From: Candidatus Poribacteria bacterium
Lineage (GTDB): Bacteria > Poribacteria > WGA-4E > WGA-3G
DNA: 64,000 bases
Assembly (NCBI GenBank): GCA_965197475.1
Contig: CBDANF010000002.1
Coordinates: 1,433,507-1,497,506 of the forward strand
Reading direction: 5' to 3'
Shown: in pieces, positions 42,316-52,950 of the stretch
How the letters are laid out: every line of letters starts with the position of its first letter
Numbering within the stretch: position 1 is the stretch's first letter
The notes under the pieces: model-generated
Seen by the model: only the letters and a program-made list of their open reading frames with translations
Told to the model about the DNA's origin: nothing
The model's database searches: none
Position numbers and translations under genes: made by a program

Positions 42316-43354
42316 GACATTATAATGATTTAAATAACAGGAGTTTCATAACGCCAGGGTCTAAAGTTTAGTCGGAAGTTGTGTAAACCACAACAAGTTT
42401 CCATAACTAAATCACAAAACCCTTTCTTCCAATTCCTGAGTTTATCTTTGACAATGCGGCATCTTTTGACACCACTAATCGCATGTTCAACGCGTATGCG
42501 TATAGACGCTATCTTTCTATTGTTTTCTTTTTCTTCATTCGTCCGTTCTCTACCTCTCGGTTTTTTCTTCGGTTGAATGATGTTTATATCCGGGAGAACG
42601 AAACCCTGAAAACCGGTATCTTGGGACAATGTGCTACCCTGTGGCACACAATAGCCCACCATATCGGCTATGTGTTTGTCAGGGTGTCTTCCTTCAAAAG
42701 AAGGTGTCAATAGGACGACTTTGCAGGCCTCATTGATAATCAGATTATTTTTCACTGTATGGCATTTCTTTTTACCACTATAATACGCCTTTTGAGTTGA
42801 TGGGTCTTTTGGGCGTCGTATAGGGCGTTCGGTGCTACCATGAAAAAAATGTTCTCCTTCTTGATTTTGAGTTGATACTTTTGATGGAGCACATATAGGT
42901 GCGGGGTCTGTTTCCCGAGATGGCAACTCTCCAAGTTCTGCTAATGCTTTGTTCAATATCGATAAAAGCAAGTGAATCCATCTATTAGCAAGAGGTTGAG
43001 ACATGCCAAAGAGCGCACCGAATAGCACTTGTTTCGGTGCTTCACGAAGGTAAATCAGTATAAATAGCAACATATCTTCAGGTGTATCAAAACGACTATT
43101 TTTATACGGTTTATATCTCCGTTTTTTGCGCGGTTTTCCTGCAAGGGTATGTGTTTGAACATACTCTAAAAAACATTTAGTAAAATAAGGTGATAGTTCA
43201 GTCCAATCTTCTAAGGTATATCCGGTGAGGGACAGGAGCGTATCAGGTTTGTCCTTTAGTTCTTGAAAACTTATCATGAGTTAGCCTCCTATTGTCCGAT
43301 TGTAATAAGTATAATAGAGACTAACCAAACGGACAACTAATTAGTTATAATGTC
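42316..43354 (-). mobile_element. IS5-family (ISL2/DDE_Tnp_4-like) insertion sequence
   Basis: Inverted repeats GACATTATAA / TTATAATGTC flanked by TA on both sides. Confidence 0.85.
42330..43277 (-). CDS. Transposase (HTH_Tnp_4 plus DDE_Tnp_4-like)
   Basis: TERPIRRP, YYSGKKKCHTVK, QDTGFQG and RIRVEHAISGVKR motifs. Confidence 0.88.
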   Translation of the reverse strand: MISFQELKDKPDTLLSLTGYTLEDWTELSPYFTKCFLEYVQTHTLAGKPRKKRRYKPYKNSRFDTPEDMLLFILIYLREAPKQVLFGALFGMSQPLANRWIHLLLSILNKALAELGELPSRETDPAPICAPSKVSTQNQEGEHFFHGSTERPIRRPKDPSTQKAYYSGKKKCHTVKNNLIINEACKVVLLTPSFEGRHPDKHIADMVGYCVPQGSTLSQDTGFQGFVLPDINIIQPKKKPRGRERTNEEKENNRKIASIRIRVEHAISGVKRCRIVKDKLRNWKKGFCDLVMETCCGLHNFRLNFRPWRYETPVI

Positions 43355-44514
43355 TAATTTACCATCCGGACTGAACGCCGCGCCTAACACCCTTTGCGTA
43401 TGCCCGGAAAACGTGCATTGCGCCGAACCGGTGTCCGTGTTCCACAAACAGATAGTGTTGTCCCAGCCGCGGCTGGCGATCATTTTTCCATCGTTGCTGA
43501 ATGCAAAGATACTGCTCAGTTCCGGATGCCATGTAAGCAAGCGCATCTGCGCCGCGGGACTTGGTACTATTTGCCCTGTACTGATCGTGCCCCACACACG
43601 GATCGTGCCGTCCGTACTCGCACTTGCGATTGTGCCGTCTGCCTTGATAGCAACACTCTTGACATCAGCCGTATGTGATGTTAGGGTGCGGAGCTCCTTA
43701 CCAGTGCTTGAACTCCACACGCGGACGGTGTCGTCCTGACTACCGCTGACGATACTTTTGCCATCCGCACTGAACGCAACACTCCCGACATGATGCGTGT
43801 GTCCTGTGAGGGTGTGTAGTTCGTTGGCAAATGCTACATCCCAGAGTCGAACGCTTTTGTCCCAACCACCACTCGCAAGCATTGTGCCATCAGAGCTGAA
43901 TGCGATGCTATAGACCCCATTCTCATGTCCTATATACGAGCGGAGTTCAGTCCCTGTTTTTGCTCCCCACAGACGGATACTTCCGGATGTATCCGCACTT
44001 GCGATTTTTGTGCCGTCGTTATTAAACGCAATGCTGGAGATGGAACGTTCATGTCCCGTGAGGGTGCGTATCTCGGTGCCGTCAGATACATTCCACAGAC
44101 GGACGCTTTTGTCCCAACTCCCGCTCGCAATCGTTGTGCTGTCGTGATTGAACGCAACACTGGTGACCGTCTTTGTATGCCCTGTAAGCTGGTGTAACTC
44201 CATGCCTGTGGTGACATCCCATAGACGGATAGTGGTGTCATAACTGCCACTTGCCAGCACATCACCGTATAGGTTGAACGCTACGCTGGAGACGCTCTTT
44301 GTGTGTCCTGAAAGTAGGTTGAGTTCTTCGCCTGTCTGTGCATCGTATAACCAAATACCGATGCCAGTGGCTACTGCCAATGTGTTGCCATCGGGTGAAT
44401 ACTTTATCTCATTGATTCTGCCTTTGCCGAAACGGGCTTTGGCACCGTCGGGGAGATGCCATTGCGGTGAGTCTTGTGCCAGGCTGAGGGTTGTAAAGGT
44501 TGGTATAATGAACA

Positions 44515-45547
44515 GTGTTATCAAGATTGTGTTCAATTTTAACAGCACTATTGATAGTATTCATATTGACACCCACCCTCCTTGCCCAAGATTCATTGCG
44601 AGGGGATACACTTGATGGCGCGAAGGGGGGCATCAAGAAATATAGGATCAATGATATAGCGTATTCACCGGACGGCGCACAACTTGCGGTGGCAAGTCGC
44701 GACGGTATTTGGCTATATGATGCACAGACGGGTCATGAACTTGATATTTTCACAGGGCATACGGGTAGTATCTGGAATGTATCGTTTAGTCCGGACGGTC
44801 GAACGATCACAAGTGCCGGGCAGGATCGGACCATTCGTATATGGGATGTGAACACGGGACAAAACCTCCAAACATACAGGCATCAGGTCTGGGACGTAGC
44901 GTATAGTCCTGATGGCAAGACAATCATAAGTGGAAGTTGGGACAAAAATCTCTATCTGTTGGATGCGGACACAGGCAAACTCCTACGCACATTCTCTGGG
45001 CATACGCAGAAGGTTTGGCGTGTGGCATTTAGTCCGGACGGTCGAATGATCGCAAGTGCCAGTCATGATAGAACCGTACGTCTGTGGGATGTAAACACGG
45101 GACAACTCCTCCGAATACTCACTGAGCATACGGATCAGGTTTGGAGCGTGGCATTTAGTCCGGATGGAAAAACGATTATGAGTGGGAGTTCTGACGGAAC
45201 CTGCTGTCTGTGGAATACGAACACGGGACGACCCATTCGATCATTCATGAGTTCTCTCTCCTATGTATAAGATAGCGTTTAGTCCAGATAGCAGTATGAT
45301 CGCAAGGGTGGGTGGGAACAATATCGACTTGTGGGATGTGAGCACGGGACAACTCCTCCGAAATCTCACAGGGTATCGGGAGAAAAACCCAATGCGTCAG
45401 GTCGGAAATCGTCTTTTAGGAAAGCCTGGAGTCCATATAGTGGTGTTCAGCCCAGATGGTAAGACAATCGCAGGTGCAAGTAATCGTGACATCCATCTAT
45501 GGGATATAGATACGGGATATCTCCGAAAACTCGTTGACGGTTTTTGA
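44515..45547 (+). pseudogene. WD40-repeat protein, frameshifted and truncated
   Basis: ORFs 44515-45270 and 45263-45547 join across a (TC)n run near 45253-45261; no RBS at the 5' end. Confidence 0.75.
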
Positions 45548-45572
45548 TGTAGGAGTATCCATCAGCGAATAC

Positions 45573-45955
45573 ATTTCTTGTTGGAGGGCTTTCTAAGCCC
45601 GATATATCGGGGTTGAAAACCGCTCCAACAAGAGCGTCCGTTCCTTTTTACACGATACGGATCGGTGAATCAACGCCAAATGCGCGTGGCGGAATATGCT
45701 TATGGTATTCCGCATGATTTGTCGGGAACGATATGTTTATAGAAAAAATGGTGACCGCCTTCTTTAGTTCAGTAGGAACGATATGTTTATAGAAACACTA
45801 TTGGCGGACACATTCCGCTCCTACGGAGCTCAAGAAGGGTTGACGGCGTTTGCTATAAGCATACCGCCTCTACGAGGCTATACACCGTCATAAACGGATT
45901 CAATTCCTTAAGTTGACAGGTATGGGTTTCGCTACCGCTCTACCGACCTACAATA
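45573..45955. repeat. Cluster of several REP-like palindrome families
   Basis: ttcttgttggag...ctccaacaag (similar at 55751, ~38420, ~48740), two ggaacgatatgtttataga units, cgctcctacggagc, and CTAC-ended hairpins. Confidence 0.65.
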
Positions 45956-46083
45956 TAAACAATCAGTAACACTCATTAACTGATAATTCTTAAAACTAAA
46001 TAACCCTACTAAGTCTAAATGGCTCTTGAAAACATATCCAAGACACTGTATAATAGACGCAAACTGTGCAGAGGTGTTACTAA

Positions 46084-46821
46084 ATGAGCGATGTGCCAAA
46101 ATCACATCCGCGTTATCACTCGCTGATATTACGAGATAGAATAGTGAACGGTGTGGAGCAAGGGATTACCTCTATCCACGGTCTCATTGCGCATGGACGG
46201 GGAGAAGCTTTCGACTATCTCATTGAGGAGAAAACACAACCGTTCGCGAAAAAAGCTATTCGTGCTGCGGCATTGATGCTGTGTTTGGCAGACCACCCCG
46301 TTATCTCGGTAAATGGAAACGCTGCAGCGTTAGTGCCAGATAATCTCGTTGAATTAGGACAAGTGCTGAAGGCACCCTTAGAGGTGAATATCTTCCACAC
46401 GGAAGCGGGACGAGAGCAGAAAATCCGACAGCATCTGCTAAAACACGGTGCATGTAACGTGCTAATGCCTACAACCGATGCACAACTCTCCTATATTGAC
46501 TCCAATCGAAAATATGTGCACCCAGAGGGAATTTTCAAAGCGGATGTTGTCTTCGTTCCACTTGAGGATGGAGATCGGTGCGAAGCACTACGGAAAATGG
46601 GAAAAGAGGTCGTGACCGTCGATTTGAATCCGATGTCAAGAACAGCAAAACAGGCAAGTGTTACAATCGTTGATAACGTTGTGCGGGCATTGCCGTTGTT
46701 ATGTGAAGAGATTAAGGCATTATCCGTAGACACCGTAGCGCAAGACATCTTGGCTCAATATTGCAACGAAATAATTCTGCAGGAGGTCCAAAAACATATC
46801 AGCAGAGGTACCAATGGCTAA
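46084..46821 (+). CDS. Archaeal-type 4-phosphopantoate-beta-alanine ligase (PPS, COG1701/DUF137)
   Basis: SHPRY.SL, GLIAHGRGEAFDYLI.EKT, PVISVNGN, VPLEDGDR.EAL and DLNPMSRT motifs. Confidence 0.9.
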   Translation: MSDVPKSHPRYHSLILRDRIVNGVEQGITSIHGLIAHGRGEAFDYLIEEKTQPFAKKAIRAAALMLCLADHPVISVNGNAAALVPDNLVELGQVLKAPLEVNIFHTEAGREQKIRQHLLKHGACNVLMPTTDAQLSYIDSNRKYVHPEGIFKADVVFVPLEDGDRCEALRKMGKEVVTVDLNPMSRTAKQASVTIVDNVVRALPLLCEEIKALSVDTVAQDILAQYCNEIILQEVQKHISRGTNG

Positions 46822-48733
46822 CGGAAAACGGAACCGTGTAAAGCCACACATTCTGCTGATCGGTTTAGTACTCGTAGCCTTTAATAGCTACTGGTGCCTG
46901 ATGGGAACAGAGGTGTGGCACTCCACACAATTGACTATCGCCTCGCTGTTTTTCAATGCAGTTTTCACGCTCCTGGTTTTCGTACTTCTCAATCTAATAC
47001 TCCAACGATTTTTTCCGCGTTTGGCAATGTCCCAAGCCGATTTACAAACCATCTATGTGATGGTTGTTATGGTGACAACTATTAGCGGACATACGATGAT
47101 GGGGTATCTGATCCCTGTCCTCGCGCATACTTTTCAGTTCGCAACCCCGGAAAATGAATGGATTTCGCTCTTTGGAAATAACATCCCAAATTGGATTGCT
47201 GTCAAAAACCCACGTATTCTGGATGGATTTTATAACGGAGATTCTACACTCTATAATCCATCTACTTTAAACGCGTGGATCCCGCCGGTACTTGCTTGGT
47301 CGTGTTTTGTTATCGCACTATGGCTGACGTTGTTAGCGGTAACGGTATTTCTCCGTAAGCAGTGGACAGAAAATGAACGTCTGAACTATCCGATCGTCCA
47401 ACTTCCTTTGGCACTAACCAGCAACCCGAAACGTTTCTTTAGCTCGCCGTGGATGTGGGTTGGATTCGCTATTGCCGGTAGTGTTGAACTGCTAAACGGC
47501 TTGAGTTTCCTGTTTCCAGAGATACCTTCTCTACCTATTAGAAACAAAAGGCTTGGGCAATTCACTTCAAAACCGTGGAGCGCGATAGGACCTATTGATA
47601 TATCGTTCTACCCGTTTAGCATCGGTCTGATGTTCTTTACACCACTGGATCTCTCGTTTTCTTGCTGGTTCTTCTGGATACTCACCCGTGTTCAATTGAT
47701 CGTAACAGATATGTTCGGAGCACGCAATATTTATAATCTTGAACAGCAAACAGGCGCGTGGATTGCGTTTGGGTGCATTCCGTTATGGATGGGGCGTAGA
47801 CATTATGGGCGTATTATTCGGAAGGTATTTGGTATAGCACAACGCCGTGGTGAATCTGCGCCTGACGATTCGGGTGAACCGATGCGTTACCGCACTGCAG
47901 CAGTGTTGTTTACCGTTGGACTGCTGTTCCTTTTCTTCTTCTGTTTTCAGATGGGAATGGCATTATGGGCAATTGGTCTATTTTTCCTGCTATACTTCCC
48001 GATGATTCTTGGCATCACACGGATACGTGCCGAAATTGGTCCACCGCTGCATCAACTTATCCTTGTGGATCCGGGGCGGACAATGGTCTTGGGATTAGGT
48101 ACACGTCGGCTCGGCGTAGGTAATCTAACAGGGTTAACGTTTCTGTATCCGTTTGTGAGATGTTTCCGCGCGCACCCTACACCGAGCGAATTGGAAGCGT
48201 TTCGGTTGGCAGAACGGAGTCGAATTGGGTATCGGCAGCTGCTTATCGGGATGATCTTGGCAATAGTGTTCGGCATCGTAATAACGTTTTGGGCATATCT
48301 GCACGTCCTCTACGATATGGGCGCGGGAAGCAAGGCACGGGGTTGGATCGTCTATATGGGATGGGAGACGTTCAACCGCTTGCAGACGTGGCTTGTCAGT
48401 CCACGGGAGACAAGTGTGCCGGAACTCGGTGTTATTGGTAGCAGTTTCCTATTTACTATCTTCCTGATGATAATGAAGACTCGGTTTTTGTGGTGGCCCC
48501 TACATCCAGGTGGTTATGTCTTGGTGAGTGGCACAGGTATGGGACGGTTGTGGTTTCCGATCTTCCTGAGTTGGTTAGCAAAAGCAACTGTGTTAAAGAT
48601 TGGTGGTGTGAAACAGTATCGGCAAGCTGTACCGTTCTTTTTGGGTCTGATCTTGGGTGATTATACGCTTGGGTGCGTGTGGAGTTTAATTGGGTTCGTA
48701 ATGAAGATGCCGACTTATATTGTATGGCATTGA
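46814..48733 (+). CDS. Polytopic membrane protein, paralogue of 16359
   Basis: Same motif series (TISGH.MM, LRKQW, RAEIGPP, WWPLHP.GY, PFFLGLILGD). Confidence 0.7.
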   Translation: MANGKRNRVKPHILLIGLVLVAFNSYWCLMGTEVWHSTQLTIASLFFNAVFTLLVFVLLNLILQRFFPRLAMSQADLQTIYVMVVMVTTISGHTMMGYLIPVLAHTFQFATPENEWISLFGNNIPNWIAVKNPRILDGFYNGDSTLYNPSTLNAWIPPVLAWSCFVIALWLTLLAVTVFLRKQWTENERLNYPIVQLPLALTSNPKRFFSSPWMWVGFAIAGSVELLNGLSFLFPEIPSLPIRNKRLGQFTSKPWSAIGPIDISFYPFSIGLMFFTPLDLSFSCWFFWILTRVQLIVTDMFGARNIYNLEQQTGAWIAFGCIPLWMGRRHYGRIIRKVFGIAQRRGESAPDDSGEPMRYRTAAVLFTVGLLFLFFFCFQMGMALWAIGLFFLLYFPMILGITRIRAEIGPPLHQLILVDPGRTMVLGLGTRRLGVGNLTGLTFLYPFVRCFRAHPTPSELEAFRLAERSRIGYRQLLIGMILAIVFGIVITFWAYLHVLYDMGAGSKARGWIVYMGWETFNRLQTWLVSPRETSVPELGVIGSSFLFTIFLMIMKTRFLWWPLHPGGYVLVSGTGMGRLWFPIFLSWLAKATVLKIGGVKQYRQAVPFFLGLILGDYTLGCVWSLIGFVMKMPTYIVWH

Positions 48734-48905
48734 TGTGATAATCGGGCTTACAAAGTCCTCCGACAAGAGAACTTCGCGACAATTGAATGGTTATGGTATC
48801 CACAATTTTATTGAAGGTTTCTGTCAAATATGTTATTATTTGGACAAACCTCTCTGAAATATCAGTAGGATGTTACCGTATACTATTATTTAGGCGATAC
48901 CCTTT

Positions 48906-50048
48906 ATGAAAACTATCCATAAGATCCTTTTTCAAGACGCGCGTGATTTGAAAGAAATTCCATCAGAAAGCGTTGATCTGATAGTCACCTCGCCACCTTA
49001 TCCCATGATTGGAATGTGGGATGATATATTTGGTAATCAGCACCCAGAGATTCAGGATGCGTTAGCGTGCGGTGATGGAAAACAGGCTTATACGTTGATG
49101 CATGAGATTCTCGATTCTGTATGGGATGAAGTGTTTAGGGTTCTAAAGAACGGTAGATTTGCATGCATCAATATCGGTGATGCGACAAGGACGGTAAAAA
49201 ACGATTTCTGTTTGTATCCAAACCATGCCAGAATCCTGAATTACCTCTTAAAGATCGGGTTTTCAGCACTACCCGATATCCTCTGGCGGAAACAGGCCAA
49301 TACCCCCAATAAATTTATGGGATCGGGAATGCTACCTGCGGGGGCTTACGTGACCCTGGAACACGAGTACATTCTGATACTGAGAAAAGGTAGTAAAAGA
49401 GAATTTAATACAGAGGCAGATAAAGAAAATAGACGCGAAAGTGCTTTGTTTTGGGAAGAACGGAATACCTGGTATTCAGATATTTGGACGGATATTAAGG
49501 GAACAGAGCAGAAACTTTCCAATGAAATGTCGCGATTGAGAAGTGCCGCATTTCCTTATGAGTTGGCTTATCGACTGATCAATATGTATTCGGTAAAAGG
49601 GGATGTGATACTTGATCCGTTTTTAGGTACGGGAACCACGATTGCAGCTGCGATGACGTCGGGACGTAGTAGTATCGGTGTTGAAATTGATAAGAATTTT
49701 GAACAAGCGATTGCTCCAACTGCATGCAATATTGTTAATTTTTCAAACGAATATTTGCACGATAGGCTACTAAGACATTTTGTGTTTGTCAAAAATCGGA
49801 TGGAAAACTCGGGGCCACTGAAATATACAAACAAGCATTATGAATGTCCGGTGGTGGCGAGTCAGGAGCAGTTTATTTTGCTAAACGGTTTAAAAGAGGT
49901 GCAAGCACTCAAAGACAACATCTTTGAAGTCAGCTATTCAGAGAAACCTCAAACTTTGAATTTTGAGCAAACCCCAGAATCTCTGCTCGGAAAGAAAACG
50001 AAATCTTACCATAAACATTCTCAACTTAATATATTCAACGCACAGTGA
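48906..50048 (+). CDS. DNA methyltransferase, beta class (N4-cytosine/N6-adenine)
   Basis: DLIVTSPPY precedes ILDPFLGTGTT. Confidence 0.9.
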   Translation: MKTIHKILFQDARDLKEIPSESVDLIVTSPPYPMIGMWDDIFGNQHPEIQDALACGDGKQAYTLMHEILDSVWDEVFRVLKNGRFACINIGDATRTVKNDFCLYPNHARILNYLLKIGFSALPDILWRKQANTPNKFMGSGMLPAGAYVTLEHEYILILRKGSKREFNTEADKENRRESALFWEERNTWYSDIWTDIKGTEQKLSNEMSRLRSAAFPYELAYRLINMYSVKGDVILDPFLGTGTTIAAAMTSGRSSIGVEIDKNFEQAIAPTACNIVNFSNEYLHDRLLRHFVFVKNRMENSGPLKYTNKHYECPVVASQEQFILLNGLKEVQALKDNIFEVSYSEKPQTLNFEQTPESLLGKKTKSYHKHSQLNIFNAQ

Positions 50049-50072
50049 CTTCATATCGGACAAAGAGTTATT

Positions 50073-50669
50073 ATGAAAATAAAACTAAAAAATGCTGAGA
50101 TTCAGGAATATGTAGCGAAGACTTCTACTTACGAATTTCCTAAGTACACGACTCAATTAATAAATCTCGCAAATCAAAATTCGCAAGCAACGCGTCCAAA
50201 ATTCGTTGGACAAATGACAGATCTGATACAAGAATTTCCAGGACAAACTTTTGACGAATGGGTTACGTGGTATCAAGAAAGATATCCCGATGCCATTGAT
50301 GATGCAACAGAAAAAATAATTACAATGATAGAAAAACTCAACGAGGCATTTATCAAAATTGATCGGGCTATGGTTAAAGCGTGGGTAGAGGATCTGGTTC
50401 TTGTCAAGACATACACGGGACTTAAATTTCAGGAGGCAATTCTGAGAAAATTGTCGGAAATAAAAGGTTGCGACTACCGTTTGGCAGAACCCTCTGAAGA
50501 ATCCCAAGGTATAGATGGATTCGTAGGTGAAGATGCGTATTCTATTAAGCCCAGTACCTATGATGCAATGCCCAGATTATCTGAATCGATAGAAGTAAAA
50601 ATGATTTTTTATGAGAAAAAGAAGGATGGTGTAGTGTTTGAAATGCCAGAGGATATTGAAGTCTTTTAA
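50073..50669 (+). CDS. Type II restriction endonuclease, MjaI-like
   Basis: FPKYTTQLINLANQNSQATRP..VGQM and ESQGIDG.....YSIKP (PD-(D/E)xK-like); follows the methyltransferase. Confidence 0.75.
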   Translation: MKIKLKNAEIQEYVAKTSTYEFPKYTTQLINLANQNSQATRPKFVGQMTDLIQEFPGQTFDEWVTWYQERYPDAIDDATEKIITMIEKLNEAFIKIDRAMVKAWVEDLVLVKTYTGLKFQEAILRKLSEIKGCDYRLAEPSEESQGIDGFVGEDAYSIKPSTYDAMPRLSESIEVKMIFYEKKKDGVVFEMPEDIEVF

Positions 50670-50846
50670 GGACAATAGAGGGTGATGAAGTATATTTGTC
50701 TATAAGTTGTATAAATAGAAGAGGCTATAGATTGCGTTGAACGCTATGAATACAACAAAATCGTATTTTGAAATTCACTGTAGGAAGGTTTCAATATGTT
50801 ACCAGATCAAAGTTAACTGAAAAACAACATCAACGGGGATAATTGA

Positions 50847-50965
50847 ATGCGTATATCAGCAGTCTATCAAGAAATAGTTGATTTTATCGCAGCAGGGACG
50901 ACCCTCAAAATTTAGTAAATTTCTGTCCATCTGAAGAAGCTAAGGAACGCATTCGTAAAATTTAT
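50847..50965 (+). pseudogene. Frameshifted remnant of a small conserved protein
   Basis: MRISAVYQEIVDFIAAGTT-(shift)-QNLVNFCPSEEAKERI. Confidence 0.4.
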
Positions 50966-51094
50966 AGGCGAATTAGTCAAACTTGAAAGTGTTTGACTCT
51001 GTTTGATCAATATGATATTATAAAACCTATAAATGATGCTCTATTTATGATGTGAAAGTCAAGTGAAATAAATATCTCTAAAGGAGATGCAAGA

Positions 51095-51994
51095 ATGACT
51101 CACATTTGGAGAAAAAAATATAAAAACCGCAGTAGAATCCTTGATAAATTCTACACGAAACAGGAAGTAGTCAAAAGGTGTTTAGATGAAGTAAATAAAT
51201 TACCTTACATATATGATTGCGTAATAGAACCGTCTGCGGGGGATGGTGCTTTCTATAAAAATATCGAACATGACACCAAAATAGGAATTGATATTGATCC
51301 GCAACATGATGAGATTATCAAAGGTGACTGGTTCAATTACAAAATTAGTGAAGTGTATGAGCGCGTATTAGTTATAGGGAATCCGCCGTTTGGTCAATAT
51401 CAGAAACTATCATCACAATTTATATCCTATGCCGTCTCATTTAGTAATGTCCAAACAATTGCTTTTGTTTTACCAAATGTTTATAGAAAACATACACGGC
51501 AAAAAATATTGCCAAATAATTGGAGAATAGTCTCCATCACTGAATTAGGAAGGAATTGTTTTACATTAGAAGGGAAGGAATATCATATGCCTGTCAGTTT
51601 CTTCATTTTTGATAAATCAGAAGGAAAAGATTTAAGAGTTAATCCTAATGCCTACAAAGAAACTAATGATTTTAAATTCTCTAATAAAGATGATTTTGAC
51701 ATATTTGTATTTGGTGCTTCTCCAAGAAGAATTACAAAAACTCCGACATCAAATAATCGAGGATACTTCCTTAAGTCAAAAATTCCAGTAGAAGATTTAA
51801 TATTTAGAATCAAAGCAGTTGATTGGAATGGAAATTCTTGTGCAAACGGTGGTGTATATTGGCTAACAAAATATGAATTTTTGGAACAATATATAAAATT
51901 CCATGAACCAAATAGAACTAAAGAAAGCCAGGGGAGTTTGTTTGATTCCTTTAGCTCAAATGTGCAAGAAAAACTACCTACACCTTCACCATAA
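51095..51994 (+). CDS. DNA methyltransferase, gamma class (N6-adenine)
   Basis: DKFYT, IEPSAGDG, then IGNPPFG. Confidence 0.82.
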   Translation: MTHIWRKKYKNRSRILDKFYTKQEVVKRCLDEVNKLPYIYDCVIEPSAGDGAFYKNIEHDTKIGIDIDPQHDEIIKGDWFNYKISEVYERVLVIGNPPFGQYQKLSSQFISYAVSFSNVQTIAFVLPNVYRKHTRQKILPNNWRIVSITELGRNCFTLEGKEYHMPVSFFIFDKSEGKDLRVNPNAYKETNDFKFSNKDDFDIFVFGASPRRITKTPTSNNRGYFLKSKIPVEDLIFRIKAVDWNGNSCANGGVYWLTKYEFLEQYIKFHEPNRTKESQGSLFDSFSSNVQEKLPTPSP

Positions 51995-52000
51995 AATGCT

Positions 52001-52579
52001 ATGAACCAGATAGAACTAAATAAAACGATACGTTACATATTAGACAACATAGATGACAGTAGAAGAGTACTGAATAGCGTAGTAAGTATTAGGAAGAAAT
52101 TGATTGATTTAACCATTAGACGAGTAATTTCTGAACAAGACTTTTACAAAATCAGTAGTGTTCTGTCCTCACAATCAAGAAGTCCTATGTGGGAAAACTA
52201 TTTCATCAAAAAGCATGATTGTGAAAAAGTCAAAATAAGTGAAAATAGAGGGGATTTTAAAAAGAACGGCAGATACTATGAGTTTAAATGCTCTGGTTAC
52301 AATCAGGATAATGCTGTTCATATTGTTCAAATTAGACCGTGGCATAATTGCGATTACATTATTCAGTCAATCTCCGATGATGGGGCAACCACATTTGTTT
52401 TAACGCACGCAGAAATGATGTTAGAAATGGAAAAGCTTAAAGCCTCTCGCGCACATGGAACTCAAGCTTTAGTGAATAATGAAAATATAGAATACAGAAT
52501 GACTCTACATAAAGATTCTGCGGATTGGGATAGATGGATTAAGAACTACCACAAAGAGGGCGATATTTTTCAACCGTGA
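52001..52579 (+). CDS. Putative restriction endonuclease
   Basis: RGDF...YYEFKCS...VQIRPWH (D...ExK); 6 bp after the methyltransferase; AT-rich. Confidence 0.6.
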   Translation: MNQIELNKTIRYILDNIDDSRRVLNSVVSIRKKLIDLTIRRVISEQDFYKISSVLSSQSRSPMWENYFIKKHDCEKVKISENRGDFKKNGRYYEFKCSGYNQDNAVHIVQIRPWHNCDYIIQSISDDGATTFVLTHAEMMLEMEKLKASRAHGTQALVNNENIEYRMTLHKDSADWDRWIKNYHKEGDIFQP

Positions 52580-52687
52580 AATTGAATAAACACAAAGATT
52601 AAAAAATTTTGGTTGTATAAGTTCTGGCTAAAAGGCTCTTTCCTATTTTCTTTTAAAACAATCAAAGAATTCTCAAGTCCAAAACTA

Positions 52688-52911
52688 CTAATTGCGTTTC
52701 TTCTTTCCTTCCTGCCCTTTGTATTGCAACTGATACAACCGATAATAGATACCTTCTTTCTGTAACAACTCATTGTGCGTGCCTGTTTCTCGGATTTCAC
52801 CGCGATGCATCACGATAATCTTGTCCGCATTTTGGATCGTAGACAGGCGGTGCGCGATAACAACAGATGTCCGATTTTCCATCAAACGACTGAGCGCATC
52901 TTCTATCAAAA
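52688..52911 (-). pseudogene. C-terminal fragment of an MsbA-like ABC exporter
   Basis: [43 protein letters not shown]; cut at the IS3 end. Confidence 0.85.
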
Positions 52912-52950
52912 TGAAGTGCTCCCGTTTATTCAGACCAAAATTTAGCAAAG

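Larger units (their letters stand above)
40539..44548 (-). pseudogene. Secreted WD40-cohesin-dockerin protein with NYPNPFNP C-terminal sorting-like domain, split by an IS and a frameshift
   Basis: ORFs 43337-44548, 40919-42283 and 40539-40973; many GH..V.SVAFS.DG..LAS.S.D.T.RLWD repeats; DVNDDGVVDITDL dockerin-like motif; removing the IS rejoins the first two parts in frame; frameshift near 40965. Confidence 0.85.
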
